The translations under genes and the position numbers were made by a program. From Candidatus Thorarchaeota archaeon (GTDB lineage Archaea > Asgardarchaeota > Thorarchaeia > Thorarchaeales > Thorarchaeaceae), in NCBI GenBank assembly GCA_029855935.1, contig JAGSHN010000032.1, positions 1 to 64,000 on the forward strand: DNA of 64,000 bases, written 5' to 3'. Shown here piece by piece: positions 9,100 through 18,190 of the stretch. The notes beneath the pieces are model-generated. The model made no database searches. It saw nothing but the letters and a program-made list of their open reading frames with translations, and was not told the origin of the DNA. Position 1 is the stretch's first letter. The number at the start of each line of letters is the position of its first letter.

Positions 9100-11740
9100 C
9101 CCCCTCTGCCGCCTCCTCCGCATACGAGTCAACTGGATATTCTCTGATGTCGTGAATGCTGTCCCACTGCTCCACGAACCTTGCGCAGACCCTGCCCTCC
9201 TCGTAGTTCGTGTTGGTCTGAGCCATCTGAGCAAGTGACTGGATAACACGTAGAATTTTCTTCTGCGGATACGGCGACTCCCTGATAAGGCTCTCTGCAG
9301 AAACCATGCCGTGTCGGACATAGTCGCGCAGGACTATGTGTACGGCATCAATCAGGCTGTGAGGCATCACAGGGTCAACACCGTTGACCTCGAAAGGTCC
9401 CCTTTCTGAGAAGTCGAGCAGACGACACCTGCTCCGGTCGTCAGGCAGACGACTGATGATGCCTGCGACACTAGTCTCTTCTACGCCCAGCGCCTTGAGC
9501 ACTTGATTGAGTTCTGTGAACGGGAACTCATTCACCCCTGCGTAGCGGAACCAGAGGTAGAGTGCGGTCTTGGGGTCCGCATCGTGAACGCCGAGACCGT
9601 GACTCGCAAAGAGGTCGATCACGTACCTCTGACCGAGTTCGAGTGCAAACTCGGCCGTGCTTCTGTTGAACGACCGTATATTCGAGTAGCGCGTTATCAC
9701 CTCAAGGATGACACCCGTGGCTGCGACCAGTAGGCTCGTCCTGTCTTCGCCATAGGTCTCTAGGAGGGAGGGGAATCGCGCGGAGAGCTTCTCGCGAATC
9801 TCATCTTCGAGGTCGAGCAGGTCAATTGTTCGGCCGGACTGACGCTTCCTTGCAGTTATCAGAAGAGAATGGAATACAGGCGACTTGTCGAAGAATATTG
9901 GCAGTGACCCACCCTCGGTGCGCAATGTGTGTGTGGAAGTCACCTGAAACCCCGCAGTTCTGAGAGACTCGATCACGTATTTCCAGCCTGTGACACGCCT
10001 GTGGACGTAGAACATGACGAGGAGTCCGTCGTCCTCTAGCAGTTCATAGAGTCTATGTATTGCAAGACGCATCCTCGACTCGAAATCGGCTTCGGTACGG
10101 CGTGTCTTGGGACTCATACCTACACTAAGTTCCTCGCTTGTTTCAGGTATCGCCGAGATGTTGAGAAGGTTTCCAGCCACCCTACTGTACCATACCTGAT
10201 AAAACTGCATCAGCTCAGGGTATTGGACATCGTTATAGTATGGGGGATCTGTTACAATCAGCGAGAATCTTTGAGCTGGCTTCCATGACAAGACAGACTC
10301 ATTGACTATCGAGATTCTTGGACTCATACGAGGATGTTCGAGACTCTCACTTGGGCCACATAGAGCAGTGATGGCGTACTCCAAACCTCTCAATACCCCC
10401 TCAATACTGTTGAGGAGAGAACCTGCTGTCCTAGCAAACGGATTGACCTCTACGTGATTCCATATCATTCCAATCCGGCGAGTCTTGAAGGCGTATCTCG
10501 TCGCTTTTGCTCCACTGTCCCAAGAGGCGGCCCGGTTATTGCACATAAGGTGTCTTGAGAAAGTCATCAAGAGGTAGGTACCAACTGCGGCCGCGTAGTC
10601 GGGATCCCGTTTGCGGATACTCTCCACCGATTCGTGAATCCCTCTTGCCATAAGCGCGTGGACGAGAAGCTGCCGCGGGCTAAACAGTCTGTACCAGTAT
10701 CTCAGATACCGACGGGACCATATCTCATATGGCATCTCCTCACTTGGGATGTAGGACGCCAGTTCATCCATGTTCTGGCTCAACAACTCTTGGGCAGCAT
10801 TGAGCGCCGCGTGGTCTTGCTCTGTAGGCAGCACAAATCGTCCGTCCTCTAGGTAAGCTGCCAAGAGCATCTCCCGCGCGTTTCTTGAGATATCGGCCAC
10901 AATATGGTCGTTTGAGATTTCCATGCCGCAGCCGGGATAGATACACCGGCCCTTGCCACCACCACAGTTTCCTTTCTGAGGTTTGGAACCAGCTACTATC
11001 TTGAAGACAAGATCGTCCCCCTTCGTTTCATAGGCCAAGGAAATGCCTCTGGCCGCGTCCAGCCGCCAGTTGTGCACAAGTGGTACCAACCTCCTACAGT
11101 GGGGACACTCAACGGCCCACGCATAGAAGTACACGCGCGGCCGAACTCCATCGTGGGGGGGATACAAGTTGGACAGACTGTCCTCCAAGTTTCGGAATAT
11201 CCGCTCGGCACAGTCCCTGACATCAGAAAGGAGTTGACTCGTGCCATCCTGACTATGAATCTGGCGGCCATATCTCAGGGGGTACTGCAAGGTACCCCTC
11301 ATGATCAGACACGCAATGGGATTGTAGTCCAGTGCGACAACATTCAATCCGAGACGCAATGCCTCGAACGGGATTGTACCCGCACCTGCGAAAGGATCCA
11401 GTACAACAATATTCCTATGATGGCCCGTGTCCCTCACGGCCCTCACCAGAGATTCAGGAACTGTCTTGTACGCCCGACGTCTTAGGGCGGAATCGACACC
11501 GAGAAGGTCAACTACCTTCGAAGGTTTGTCAACATCATTTGGGGATAGGAGTGCAGCTGCAATGGCCAGTCGTGCCATTATGAGCGGTTTTCTCGTGAAG
11601 TAATGATGAAACTCCACGATTGGTGGGCCCGCCCTTTTCTCCTTCTCGACCTCCTTGTTGAGGAGTGCAACAGGTACCCCTGCCTCGAGGAGGCTCCGTG
11701 GCGGAGTTTCAATAGTGTTTTCTCCCTTGCCCCGCCTCAC
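9080..11740 (-). CDS. DUF1156-containing amino (likely m6A) DNA methyltransferase, copy 1
   Basis: HHYFTRKPL DUF1156 motif, DPFAGAG SAM-binding motif, CPHC…C Zn-ribbon insert, TDPPYY catalytic motif. Confidence 0.9.
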   Translation of the reverse strand: MRRGKGENTIETPPRSLLEAGVPVALLNKEVEKEKRAGPPIVEFHHYFTRKPLIMARLAIAAALLSPNDVDKPSKVVDLLGVDSALRRRAYKTVPESLVRAVRDTGHHRNIVVLDPFAGAGTIPFEALRLGLNVVALDYNPIACLIMRGTLQYPLRYGRQIHSQDGTSQLLSDVRDCAERIFRNLEDSLSNLYPPHDGVRPRVYFYAWAVECPHCRRLVPLVHNWRLDAARGISLAYETKGDDLVFKIVAGSKPQKGNCGGGKGRCIYPGCGMEISNDHIVADISRNAREMLLAAYLEDGRFVLPTEQDHAALNAAQELLSQNMDELASYIPSEEMPYEIWSRRYLRYWYRLFSPRQLLVHALMARGIHESVESIRKRDPDYAAAVGTYLLMTFSRHLMCNNRAASWDSGAKATRYAFKTRRIGMIWNHVEVNPFARTAGSLLNSIEGVLRGLEYAITALCGPSESLEHPRMSPRISIVNESVLSWKPAQRFSLIVTDPPYYNDVQYPELMQFYQVWYSRVAGNLLNISAIPETSEELSVGMSPKTRRTEADFESRMRLAIHRLYELLEDDGLLVMFYVHRRVTGWKYVIESLRTAGFQVTSTHTLRTEGGSLPIFFDKSPVFHSLLITARKRQSGRTIDLLDLEDEIREKLSARFPSLLETYGEDRTSLLVAATGVILEVITRYSNIRSFNRSTAEFALELGQRYVIDLFASHGLGVHDADPKTALYLWFRYAGVNEFPFTELNQVLKALGVEETSVAGIISRLPDDRSRCRLLDFSERGPFEVNGVDPVMPHSLIDAVHIVLRDYVRHGMVSAESLIRESPYPQKKILRVIQSLAQMAQTNTNYEEGRVCARFVEQWDSIHDIREYPVDSYAEEAAEGDDDKQQ

Positions 11741-12162
11741 CGTCGCATATTCCTCCGCGAACGCATATGGATTGTCTTGAAGGCGCGTATTGCGTCCCGG
11801 CCATAGGTATTGTACTGCCAGTTCCAGAATATTGCCTCCTCAAGAGTGATTCGACGCATGGCCTCGAGAAACCGGGGCGCCTCCTGTGGCGATCTCAGAC
11901 TATTGAGAACCTTCAGTGCCAGTCTGAGACGATATCCTCTTTCGCGTTCGTTTCTGTCACGCGACGCCCGCTCCACGGCTTCAAGGAGTGGCACCCTCCA
12001 GTCCCGAACGGCTCCCATCACATTCTGCTCGGACAAGAAGTGTTGAACCAGCCGTACGGTCTGTGCAGTGCGGTGGAGTGTGTACGTGCAGTTGTCATAA
12101 AGTGCCGTTGTTGCACGAGGAATACGACCTGATGATGATGGGGCCCGGTATGATGTTGCCAC
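11737..12162 (-). CDS. Small basic accessory subunit of the DUF499 system (DUF3780-like by position)
   Basis: GTG at 12162 overlaps the DUF499 stop and its stop overlaps the MTase start; C-terminal LEEAIFW…AIRAFK helix motif. Confidence 0.65.
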   Translation of the reverse strand: MATSYRAPSSSGRIPRATTALYDNCTYTLHRTAQTVRLVQHFLSEQNVMGAVRDWRVPLLEAVERASRDRNERERGYRLRLALKVLNSLRSPQEAPRFLEAMRRITLEEAIFWNWQYNTYGRDAIRAFKTIHMRSRRNMRR

Positions 12163-14885
12163 TATGACCCCTCCTCGCGAATGTACAGTCTGATCGTGAC
12201 TCTTGTTCCTGGCAGGAGGTGCGCGCCTCTCCTCGACATCCACTGGGCCAGTTCTTTCACCAGATTTATCTCGCTGATATCTCCCGCAACTATGTTGCCC
12301 GTCAGGGCCCCGCGAAACTCGAACTCCGCCCGCGCCTCTCCTCGATGTTCCAGAAGCACTCTCGTGATACGTGAGTCGAGCTCTGTGAAGAAGTTTGCAA
12401 TCGGGACCTCTACAGACTCTAGTCGCTCGTCCGCCCGCGCGGATGTCAACGTGGTTTGACGGTCTGCTGCGGGCGACGACTTGTCGACGGCAGTTTCCTG
12501 GATGGTCGGACTGACCTGCTTCGAGTCAATGGTTGCCACATGCGGACTCTCCGCGGCTGCAGTGATTCTGGCCTCAGCCCGTCTTGTGCGAATCTCGCGT
12601 GCCAGTTCTTCAGTGACAACCGTGTCCCCGTCATGTACGCTGACGTTCATCTCTCGATAGTGCAGTACCAGCTCTGTGTCGTCGGCGGATGTGAAGTCGC
12701 CCTCAACAAGGCCGATCACACCCTGATAGACCGCCTCCGCAACCATCGACCGGACCTGGCTGGGCGTTGCGAAGGGGATTCCGAGCATCGAGTCGACATC
12801 CTCAAGGAGTTGACGCACCTGCACGTGGCTTCTTGCACCTATCAGCGCAGTGACATAGGTTCCTATGTCCATGTTAACAGGGTCGAATACCTTGTCGACC
12901 TCTCGGAGCCGCGATACGACGGTCGCGCACATAGTCCTGTTTTGGACAGGATGGACAGAGCACACTCGTTTCTTTGACTGGCTCAGATACTTCATCTTGG
13001 TGTACATTCCTCTAAACGTCTGGAGCGCCTGCGCCTCTTTAGCCTGTGCAATGGATTCGGCCTCCCTCTTCTCTCGCTTGTCACTGAGAGTCCTCATAAC
13101 GCGTAGTGCTGCCAGGTGATGTCTGCTGAAGTCCTCAAGTGGCCGCCCCATAGTGACATCGGGAATCATCACCACGACCGTGTTTCTCCGTCTTCCTGTT
13201 ATCTCCAGCATATCCTCCACAATTGCGTCGACGTTCTCCCAGTAGAGGGGGACAACGATGTTAAGTTTCCCGTGGGAAGGGACTAGGCCCTTGTGGTGAC
13301 GAAGGAAAAGACACACATCATCCTCTCCAGAAGAGGTCTCAAAGACGGTCGGGAACAGCGTTTTCTCCACATACTGTCGCACTTCTGTACTGCTTATCTG
13401 ACCCTTGCGATGGCGTATCAGATTAGGGACATTAGGTCGTGACTTGAACCAGTATCTCTTCTTGCCGGGATCTCCTGCCTGAGAACTCCAGAGAAATGTG
13501 GAGTATTCCATAAAGAAGGTTTCGATGATTCGTGCCATGTCGGCTTTTCCAACAATGTCAGGGAGGCAGCGGAGCAACTCATCGGGAGTAGCACCCTGCC
13601 TATCCGGGTCGGGGTGGAGCGAGTACAGGAACAGGGCGGCTGTTGCCCGCCCAAAGATACCGAAGCGCTTCCCACTATCCGCCTCACGCGCAGCGGTCAC
13701 CACATCCTTTGTGACGGCCTGTCTCAGTCCGGTCCCGAAGACGTTGGGATCCGTCAGAATCGCCACAAGGTCAGGATCATCAAAGAGGAGCTCAGCAGGG
13801 GATATCATCAGGCTCTCCACATCGTCCACGTGACGTAGAATACCTTTTATCCCCAGCGCGACGACCTTCAACGCATCCCGAGTCTGTTGGAAATCCCGGT
13901 ATAGGGACACTCGAGAATACAGAACATCTATGAGCGCGGGATGAAAGGGGTAGCTGCCGATGCAATCGAGTCCGGTCTTCTTTCCGACCTCGTTCTCCAC
14001 CGCCTTGGCCAGTTCTGCATCAATATAGTCCACAAGTCGTTTCTTCAGAATGGCTGTGAAGTCCGCCTCACCTACGGGTTGAATTGGCTGTGTGACACGC
14101 CCGAATAGCGACGCCATATCGGACTCATCGGTGGTGGTCGCAACAGCCTCGATAATGCCTGAAACGTAAGCCGCCTCCTCATCGTATACGCCCGTCCCCT
14201 TGGCGACCGCAACGACTAGAAGACAGTTGTCTGTCGAGTTTACAGCCTCTATGAACGTATGAAGATGTGCCTTCTCTTGTGTCTTCTGCTTGTCGTCAAG
14301 CTTTGCCGTGTACACGACAATCTCGTCGATGAGAAACACAACTGGTCGGCCCTCGTCCGACAACCGCTTGCGAGTTTCCTCCTTTGTGGGTGCCAGATAC
14401 TTCCCCAACACTGGGTCCTTTGTCAAAGGATATTGCAGGTTGTGGCCGTCTACCGCGACCACTTTCGCGTCCGGGACCTCCTCGATGCCAATGGTCGCCA
14501 GAATCTGAGGGTCTGGTACCCGCCGAGATGTGAATACGTGGTACAGCATCACCAGCAGGTGACTCTTCCCCCCGCCAAAGCCTGTCGCCAGATGGATGAC
14601 AGCTTTTTTTCCGATGCCCGCGGTTCGTGCGAGCGACCATTGGAGCACATCGAGCATCCGCGTCGTCAACACAGTTATCTCAAAGAACCTGTTTGGGTCA
14701 CGATACTCTGCGTGGCCGCGTCCCCGAATTACCTCTGAGAAGTCGACCTCGAAGACTTCGGGCGAGAAGTCCTTCAGCCAAGGCTTGAACCGAAGTCTTC
14801 GACTCTTGATTGCTTCGCCAAGCGATACAGCTTCGCTCCCTCTTACCATCCTGTTGATAGCCTCCTTTCCAGAATGCGGACTCAC
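12162..14885 (-). CDS. DUF499 AAA+ ATPase (BrxC-related)
   Basis: Y.DP..FF..T..T N-terminal motif, Walker A GFGGGKSH, Walker B FLIDE, SYPFHP, FQQTRDAL. Confidence 0.9.
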   Translation of the reverse strand: MSPHSGKEAINRMVRGSEAVSLGEAIKSRRLRFKPWLKDFSPEVFEVDFSEVIRGRGHAEYRDPNRFFEITVLTTRMLDVLQWSLARTAGIGKKAVIHLATGFGGGKSHLLVMLYHVFTSRRVPDPQILATIGIEEVPDAKVVAVDGHNLQYPLTKDPVLGKYLAPTKEETRKRLSDEGRPVVFLIDEIVVYTAKLDDKQKTQEKAHLHTFIEAVNSTDNCLLVVAVAKGTGVYDEEAAYVSGIIEAVATTTDESDMASLFGRVTQPIQPVGEADFTAILKKRLVDYIDAELAKAVENEVGKKTGLDCIGSYPFHPALIDVLYSRVSLYRDFQQTRDALKVVALGIKGILRHVDDVESLMISPAELLFDDPDLVAILTDPNVFGTGLRQAVTKDVVTAAREADSGKRFGIFGRATAALFLYSLHPDPDRQGATPDELLRCLPDIVGKADMARIIETFFMEYSTFLWSSQAGDPGKKRYWFKSRPNVPNLIRHRKGQISSTEVRQYVEKTLFPTVFETSSGEDDVCLFLRHHKGLVPSHGKLNIVVPLYWENVDAIVEDMLEITGRRRNTVVVMIPDVTMGRPLEDFSRHHLAALRVMRTLSDKREKREAESIAQAKEAQALQTFRGMYTKMKYLSQSKKRVCSVHPVQNRTMCATVVSRLREVDKVFDPVNMDIGTYVTALIGARSHVQVRQLLEDVDSMLGIPFATPSQVRSMVAEAVYQGVIGLVEGDFTSADDTELVLHYREMNVSVHDGDTVVTEELAREIRTRRAEARITAAAESPHVATIDSKQVSPTIQETAVDKSSPAADRQTTLTSARADERLESVEVPIANFFTELDSRITRVLLEHRGEARAEFEFRGALTGNIVAGDISEINLVKELAQWMSRRGAHLLPGTRVTIRLYIREEGS

Positions 14886-14931
14886 CTACTGGCCGTGATC
14901 CCGGACTTGTGCAGTCAGAACAAACGGCAGC

Positions 14932-14945
14932 ATATAATATTTCGT
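14932..14945 (-). promoter_or_regulatory. Candidate archaeal BRE/TATA promoter for the DUF499-to-helicase operon
   Basis: Minus strand reads ACGAAATATTATAT ~50 nt upstream of the DUF499 start, in the 148-bp gap after MTase copy 2. Confidence 0.45.
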
Positions 14946-15033
14946 TGCTGGTGCCTGGACCTATACCCTTCGAGAAACAATATCCCGCATCTCTGTTTCA
15001 GAATACCCTACGAGTCGCAACTAGAAAAGTCGG

Positions 15034-17712
15034 CTATTGACAACCATCGATACTATCCTCTGTTTGGTCCCAGTTCTCAATGTCATCGTCTAGCGCTGAC
15101 TGTATGAACCCGTCAACAGGGTATGTCCGGATGTTATGGATTGCCGCCCACTGGTGCACGAACCGTGCGCATATGGTTCCTTCGTCATAGCCCGTCGTAG
15201 TTCTACTCATCTTTGCCAGCGATTCTATTGTCTTGAGGATACTCTCCTGTGGATGTGGGAGCACTTGTATGAGGTTCTCAGCAGCCACGATACCATTCCG
15301 GACATACTCTCTGAGAACTGCGTGTACCGCGTCGATTAGGCTCTGTGGCCGGAGTGATTCGGCGCCGCTATTCTCGAAGGGCCCTCTCTCCGTGAAGTCA
15401 AGAAGACGGACTGTGCTGCGCTTGTCCGTCGTACGGTCGATAAGATCTGAGATGACCCATTCTTCAACTCCTAGTACTCTGAGTACCTGATTGAGCTCTG
15501 CTGATGGGAACTCGCTACGGCCAGCGTAGCGGAACCAGAGGTAGAGCATAGTTCTCGGATCGGCCTGATGAATATTGAGACCATACTTGGCGAATAGCTC
15601 GATCACGTATCTCTGACCAATCTCAAGGGCGTAGTCTGAGGTTCTCTTCGTGAATGATCGTATCTCAGAGTATCCTGTGATGACCTCTAGCACAACGCCC
15701 GTCGCTGCGACTAACAGGCTTGTCCTATCCTCTCCATAGGTTTCGATAAGTGACGGAAACCGTCGAAGCAGTTTTTCACGGATAGCTTCTTCCAACTTCA
15801 AGACGTCAATGGTTTGGTCACTGTGCCGTTTGCGGGCTGTTATCAAGAGCGAGTGGAAAACAGCCGACTTGTCGATGACAATGGGTCCTGTTCCGCTCTC
15901 TGTGCGAAGGGTATGAGTGGAGGTCACCTGAAAGCCGGCATTCCGCAGGGCCTCGACGACGTACTTCCAACCAGCCACACTTTTGTGAACATAGAACATG
16001 ACCAACAGTCCGTCGTCTTTCAGGAGGTTGTGGAGCTGGTGAATCGCGACATTCATCCGTGACTCGAACTCGGCGGTTGAGCGGTTAGTTCTCTTGCTTG
16101 ATCCCACGCTCAGCTCTTCGCTTGTTTCAGGAACAGGTGGGATGTCCAGCACGTGTCCCAAGATTCGACTATACCACACCTGATAGAATTGCAGCAGTTC
16201 TGGATATTGGACATCATTGTAGTACGGCGGGTCAGTTACGATAAGGTCGAACTTCCGAGAAGTTTCCCAAGAAAGTATGGACTGATTGATTACTGTCACG
16301 TCGCCAGCTACATCCTGTTGCTCGAAACTACCGTTTGGGCCACAGAGGGCTTCGACTGCATACTCGAGCCCACTCAATACATTCGCAATACTGTTCGAGA
16401 GCGCGCCAGCTGTCTTGGCAAAAGGATTGACTTCGCAGTGATTCCACATCATACTAACCCTACGCGTTGAAAACGGATGCGCTATCTTCCTAAACCCGCT
16501 GTCCCAAATCGTTGCCCGATTGTTGCGCATAAGATGTTTCGAAAAGACCATCGACAGGTATGTTCCGATTACTACAGCATAGTCGGGATCCTCTTGGGAA
16601 ACCCGGTCAACAATCTGGCGAATCTTCCTTGCCATAAGCGCGAGTACAACCAACTGGCGGGCGTTGAATAGCCTGTGCCAATATAGGAGGTACTTTCGAG
16701 CCGGTATCTCGTGGGTCATCTCCTCTGTAGGGATATAGGGTGACAAGGTGTCCATATTCTGTTCCAGAAATTTCTTTGCCCGAGCTAGCGCATCATAGTC
16801 TTCTTTGCGCGGGGTCACAAACTCCCCGTTTTCCAGATAAATGGCTACGAGCATTTCTCGTTCGTTCTGCGAGATGTCTGTCACAACGTACTCGTTTGGG
16901 ATTTCAGTTCCGCAGTCCTCGTAGATGCATCGGGCCTTCCCTCCTCTGCAGTTTCCTCTTACTGGTGTCGGTCCCGTTTCAACACGAAACGTAAGTTGTT
17001 CTCCCTCCGTTCTCTGGGCCAGAACAATGCCCCTGGGTCGGTCGAGATCCCAGCGCTGCATGAGAGGCACAATCCGTTTGCAGTGGGGACATTTGACAGC
17101 CCAAGCGTGAATGTACACGCGCGGTTTCCTTCTTCTATAAGAAGGATAGAACTGCGTCAGCTGTTCTCTTAGGTCCTTGTAGACTTCATTTGCATACTTC
17201 TCTACGTCTGCGATGAGTTGGCTGACTCCACTCCGTATGTTCATTCTGTGACCATATCTTAAAGGGTACTCAAGGGTCCCCCTCATCACGAGGCACGCTA
17301 CCGGATTATAGTCCAAAGCGACTACGTTCAGTCCCATACGTAACGCTTCAAAGGGAATCATCCCCGCGCCTGCAAAGGGATCGAGCATCGCGAAATCTGT
17401 GCCGATTGCCTTGCGAACCGCTTTCAACAGTGCACTTGGCATTCTCCGATACGCACGTTCACGGTTTGTGCGTCCTACGCCAAGTAGCTCAAGAAACTTG
17501 GAAGAGTCTTTCAGCCGCATCGGGGGGAGCAGTGCTGCAGCAATCGCCAGCCTCGACATAATGAGAGGTTTCCGAGTGAAGTAATAGTGCAGCTTTGTAA
17601 TTGGGGGCACTGCGTTCTTTTCTTTCCTTGCCTCCTCATTCACCTCTGCAACCGGCACTCCCGACTCAAGCAGGCTCCGCGCCATCTGTCTGTTTCTCTC
17701 TTCATCGCCCAT
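15034..17712 (-). CDS. DUF1156-containing amino (likely m6A) DNA methyltransferase, copy 2
   Basis: HYYFTRKPL, DPFAGAG, CPHC…C, TDPPYY; AGGAGG RBS upstream; collinear with copy 1 along its whole length. Confidence 0.9.
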   Translation of the reverse strand: MGDEERNRQMARSLLESGVPVAEVNEEARKEKNAVPPITKLHYYFTRKPLIMSRLAIAAALLPPMRLKDSSKFLELLGVGRTNRERAYRRMPSALLKAVRKAIGTDFAMLDPFAGAGMIPFEALRMGLNVVALDYNPVACLVMRGTLEYPLRYGHRMNIRSGVSQLIADVEKYANEVYKDLREQLTQFYPSYRRRKPRVYIHAWAVKCPHCKRIVPLMQRWDLDRPRGIVLAQRTEGEQLTFRVETGPTPVRGNCRGGKARCIYEDCGTEIPNEYVVTDISQNEREMLVAIYLENGEFVTPRKEDYDALARAKKFLEQNMDTLSPYIPTEEMTHEIPARKYLLYWHRLFNARQLVVLALMARKIRQIVDRVSQEDPDYAVVIGTYLSMVFSKHLMRNNRATIWDSGFRKIAHPFSTRRVSMMWNHCEVNPFAKTAGALSNSIANVLSGLEYAVEALCGPNGSFEQQDVAGDVTVINQSILSWETSRKFDLIVTDPPYYNDVQYPELLQFYQVWYSRILGHVLDIPPVPETSEELSVGSSKRTNRSTAEFESRMNVAIHQLHNLLKDDGLLVMFYVHKSVAGWKYVVEALRNAGFQVTSTHTLRTESGTGPIVIDKSAVFHSLLITARKRHSDQTIDVLKLEEAIREKLLRRFPSLIETYGEDRTSLLVAATGVVLEVITGYSEIRSFTKRTSDYALEIGQRYVIELFAKYGLNIHQADPRTMLYLWFRYAGRSEFPSAELNQVLRVLGVEEWVISDLIDRTTDKRSTVRLLDFTERGPFENSGAESLRPQSLIDAVHAVLREYVRNGIVAAENLIQVLPHPQESILKTIESLAKMSRTTTGYDEGTICARFVHQWAAIHNIRTYPVDGFIQSALDDDIENWDQTEDSIDGCQ

Positions 17713-18190
17713 TAGCCAGCGACCCCTCCTGCAGACTGTTTCGAAATAACTAACTGGCTCCTATCAGAAGAATCTTTCTTCCACGTCTTGGAAAGATACC
17801 CGCCAATAATGATATTTCTCATCCGTACGAGTTGAACTGTAAACGTGCACTGCCAAGTTGGGCTGAGAAAGACTTTGGCGAAACTATTGTGGCAATCATT
17901 TCGTACACATGGAGTGTACGGAGTTCCTCTCAAGGGGTCTGCCCGGCTCAATCCCTCGACCTGGATCTCCAGCATCTTTTCGCTTCAATCTCGGAGGAGA
18001 TACATTGCTATCGAGGCTGATCACCCGAATCAAGTGGTGTAGCGTGCCGATTTCGTTGCAAGCGTTTTGCCGTCAAAGGTGTATCAACTTCTCAGCTTAG
18101 CTGGGAAACGCTCAATCAGTAGCACTTAATACTGCCCCCCACGCAACTCCCCTCTGCAACCATTCTGGCCTGAAGAGAGAGGACTGTGAG

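Noticed and set aside
17712-17975. 87-aa ORF whose TAA overlaps the MTase2 ATG (possible regulator or leader)
   Set aside because: No HTH or other motif, atypical composition; more likely promoter/leader DNA, though not excluded
6097-18190. Defence locus as an integrated mobile element with att sites
   Set aside because: No integrase, transposase or tRNA; only a 9-nt TCATCCGTA match near both ends, consistent with chance
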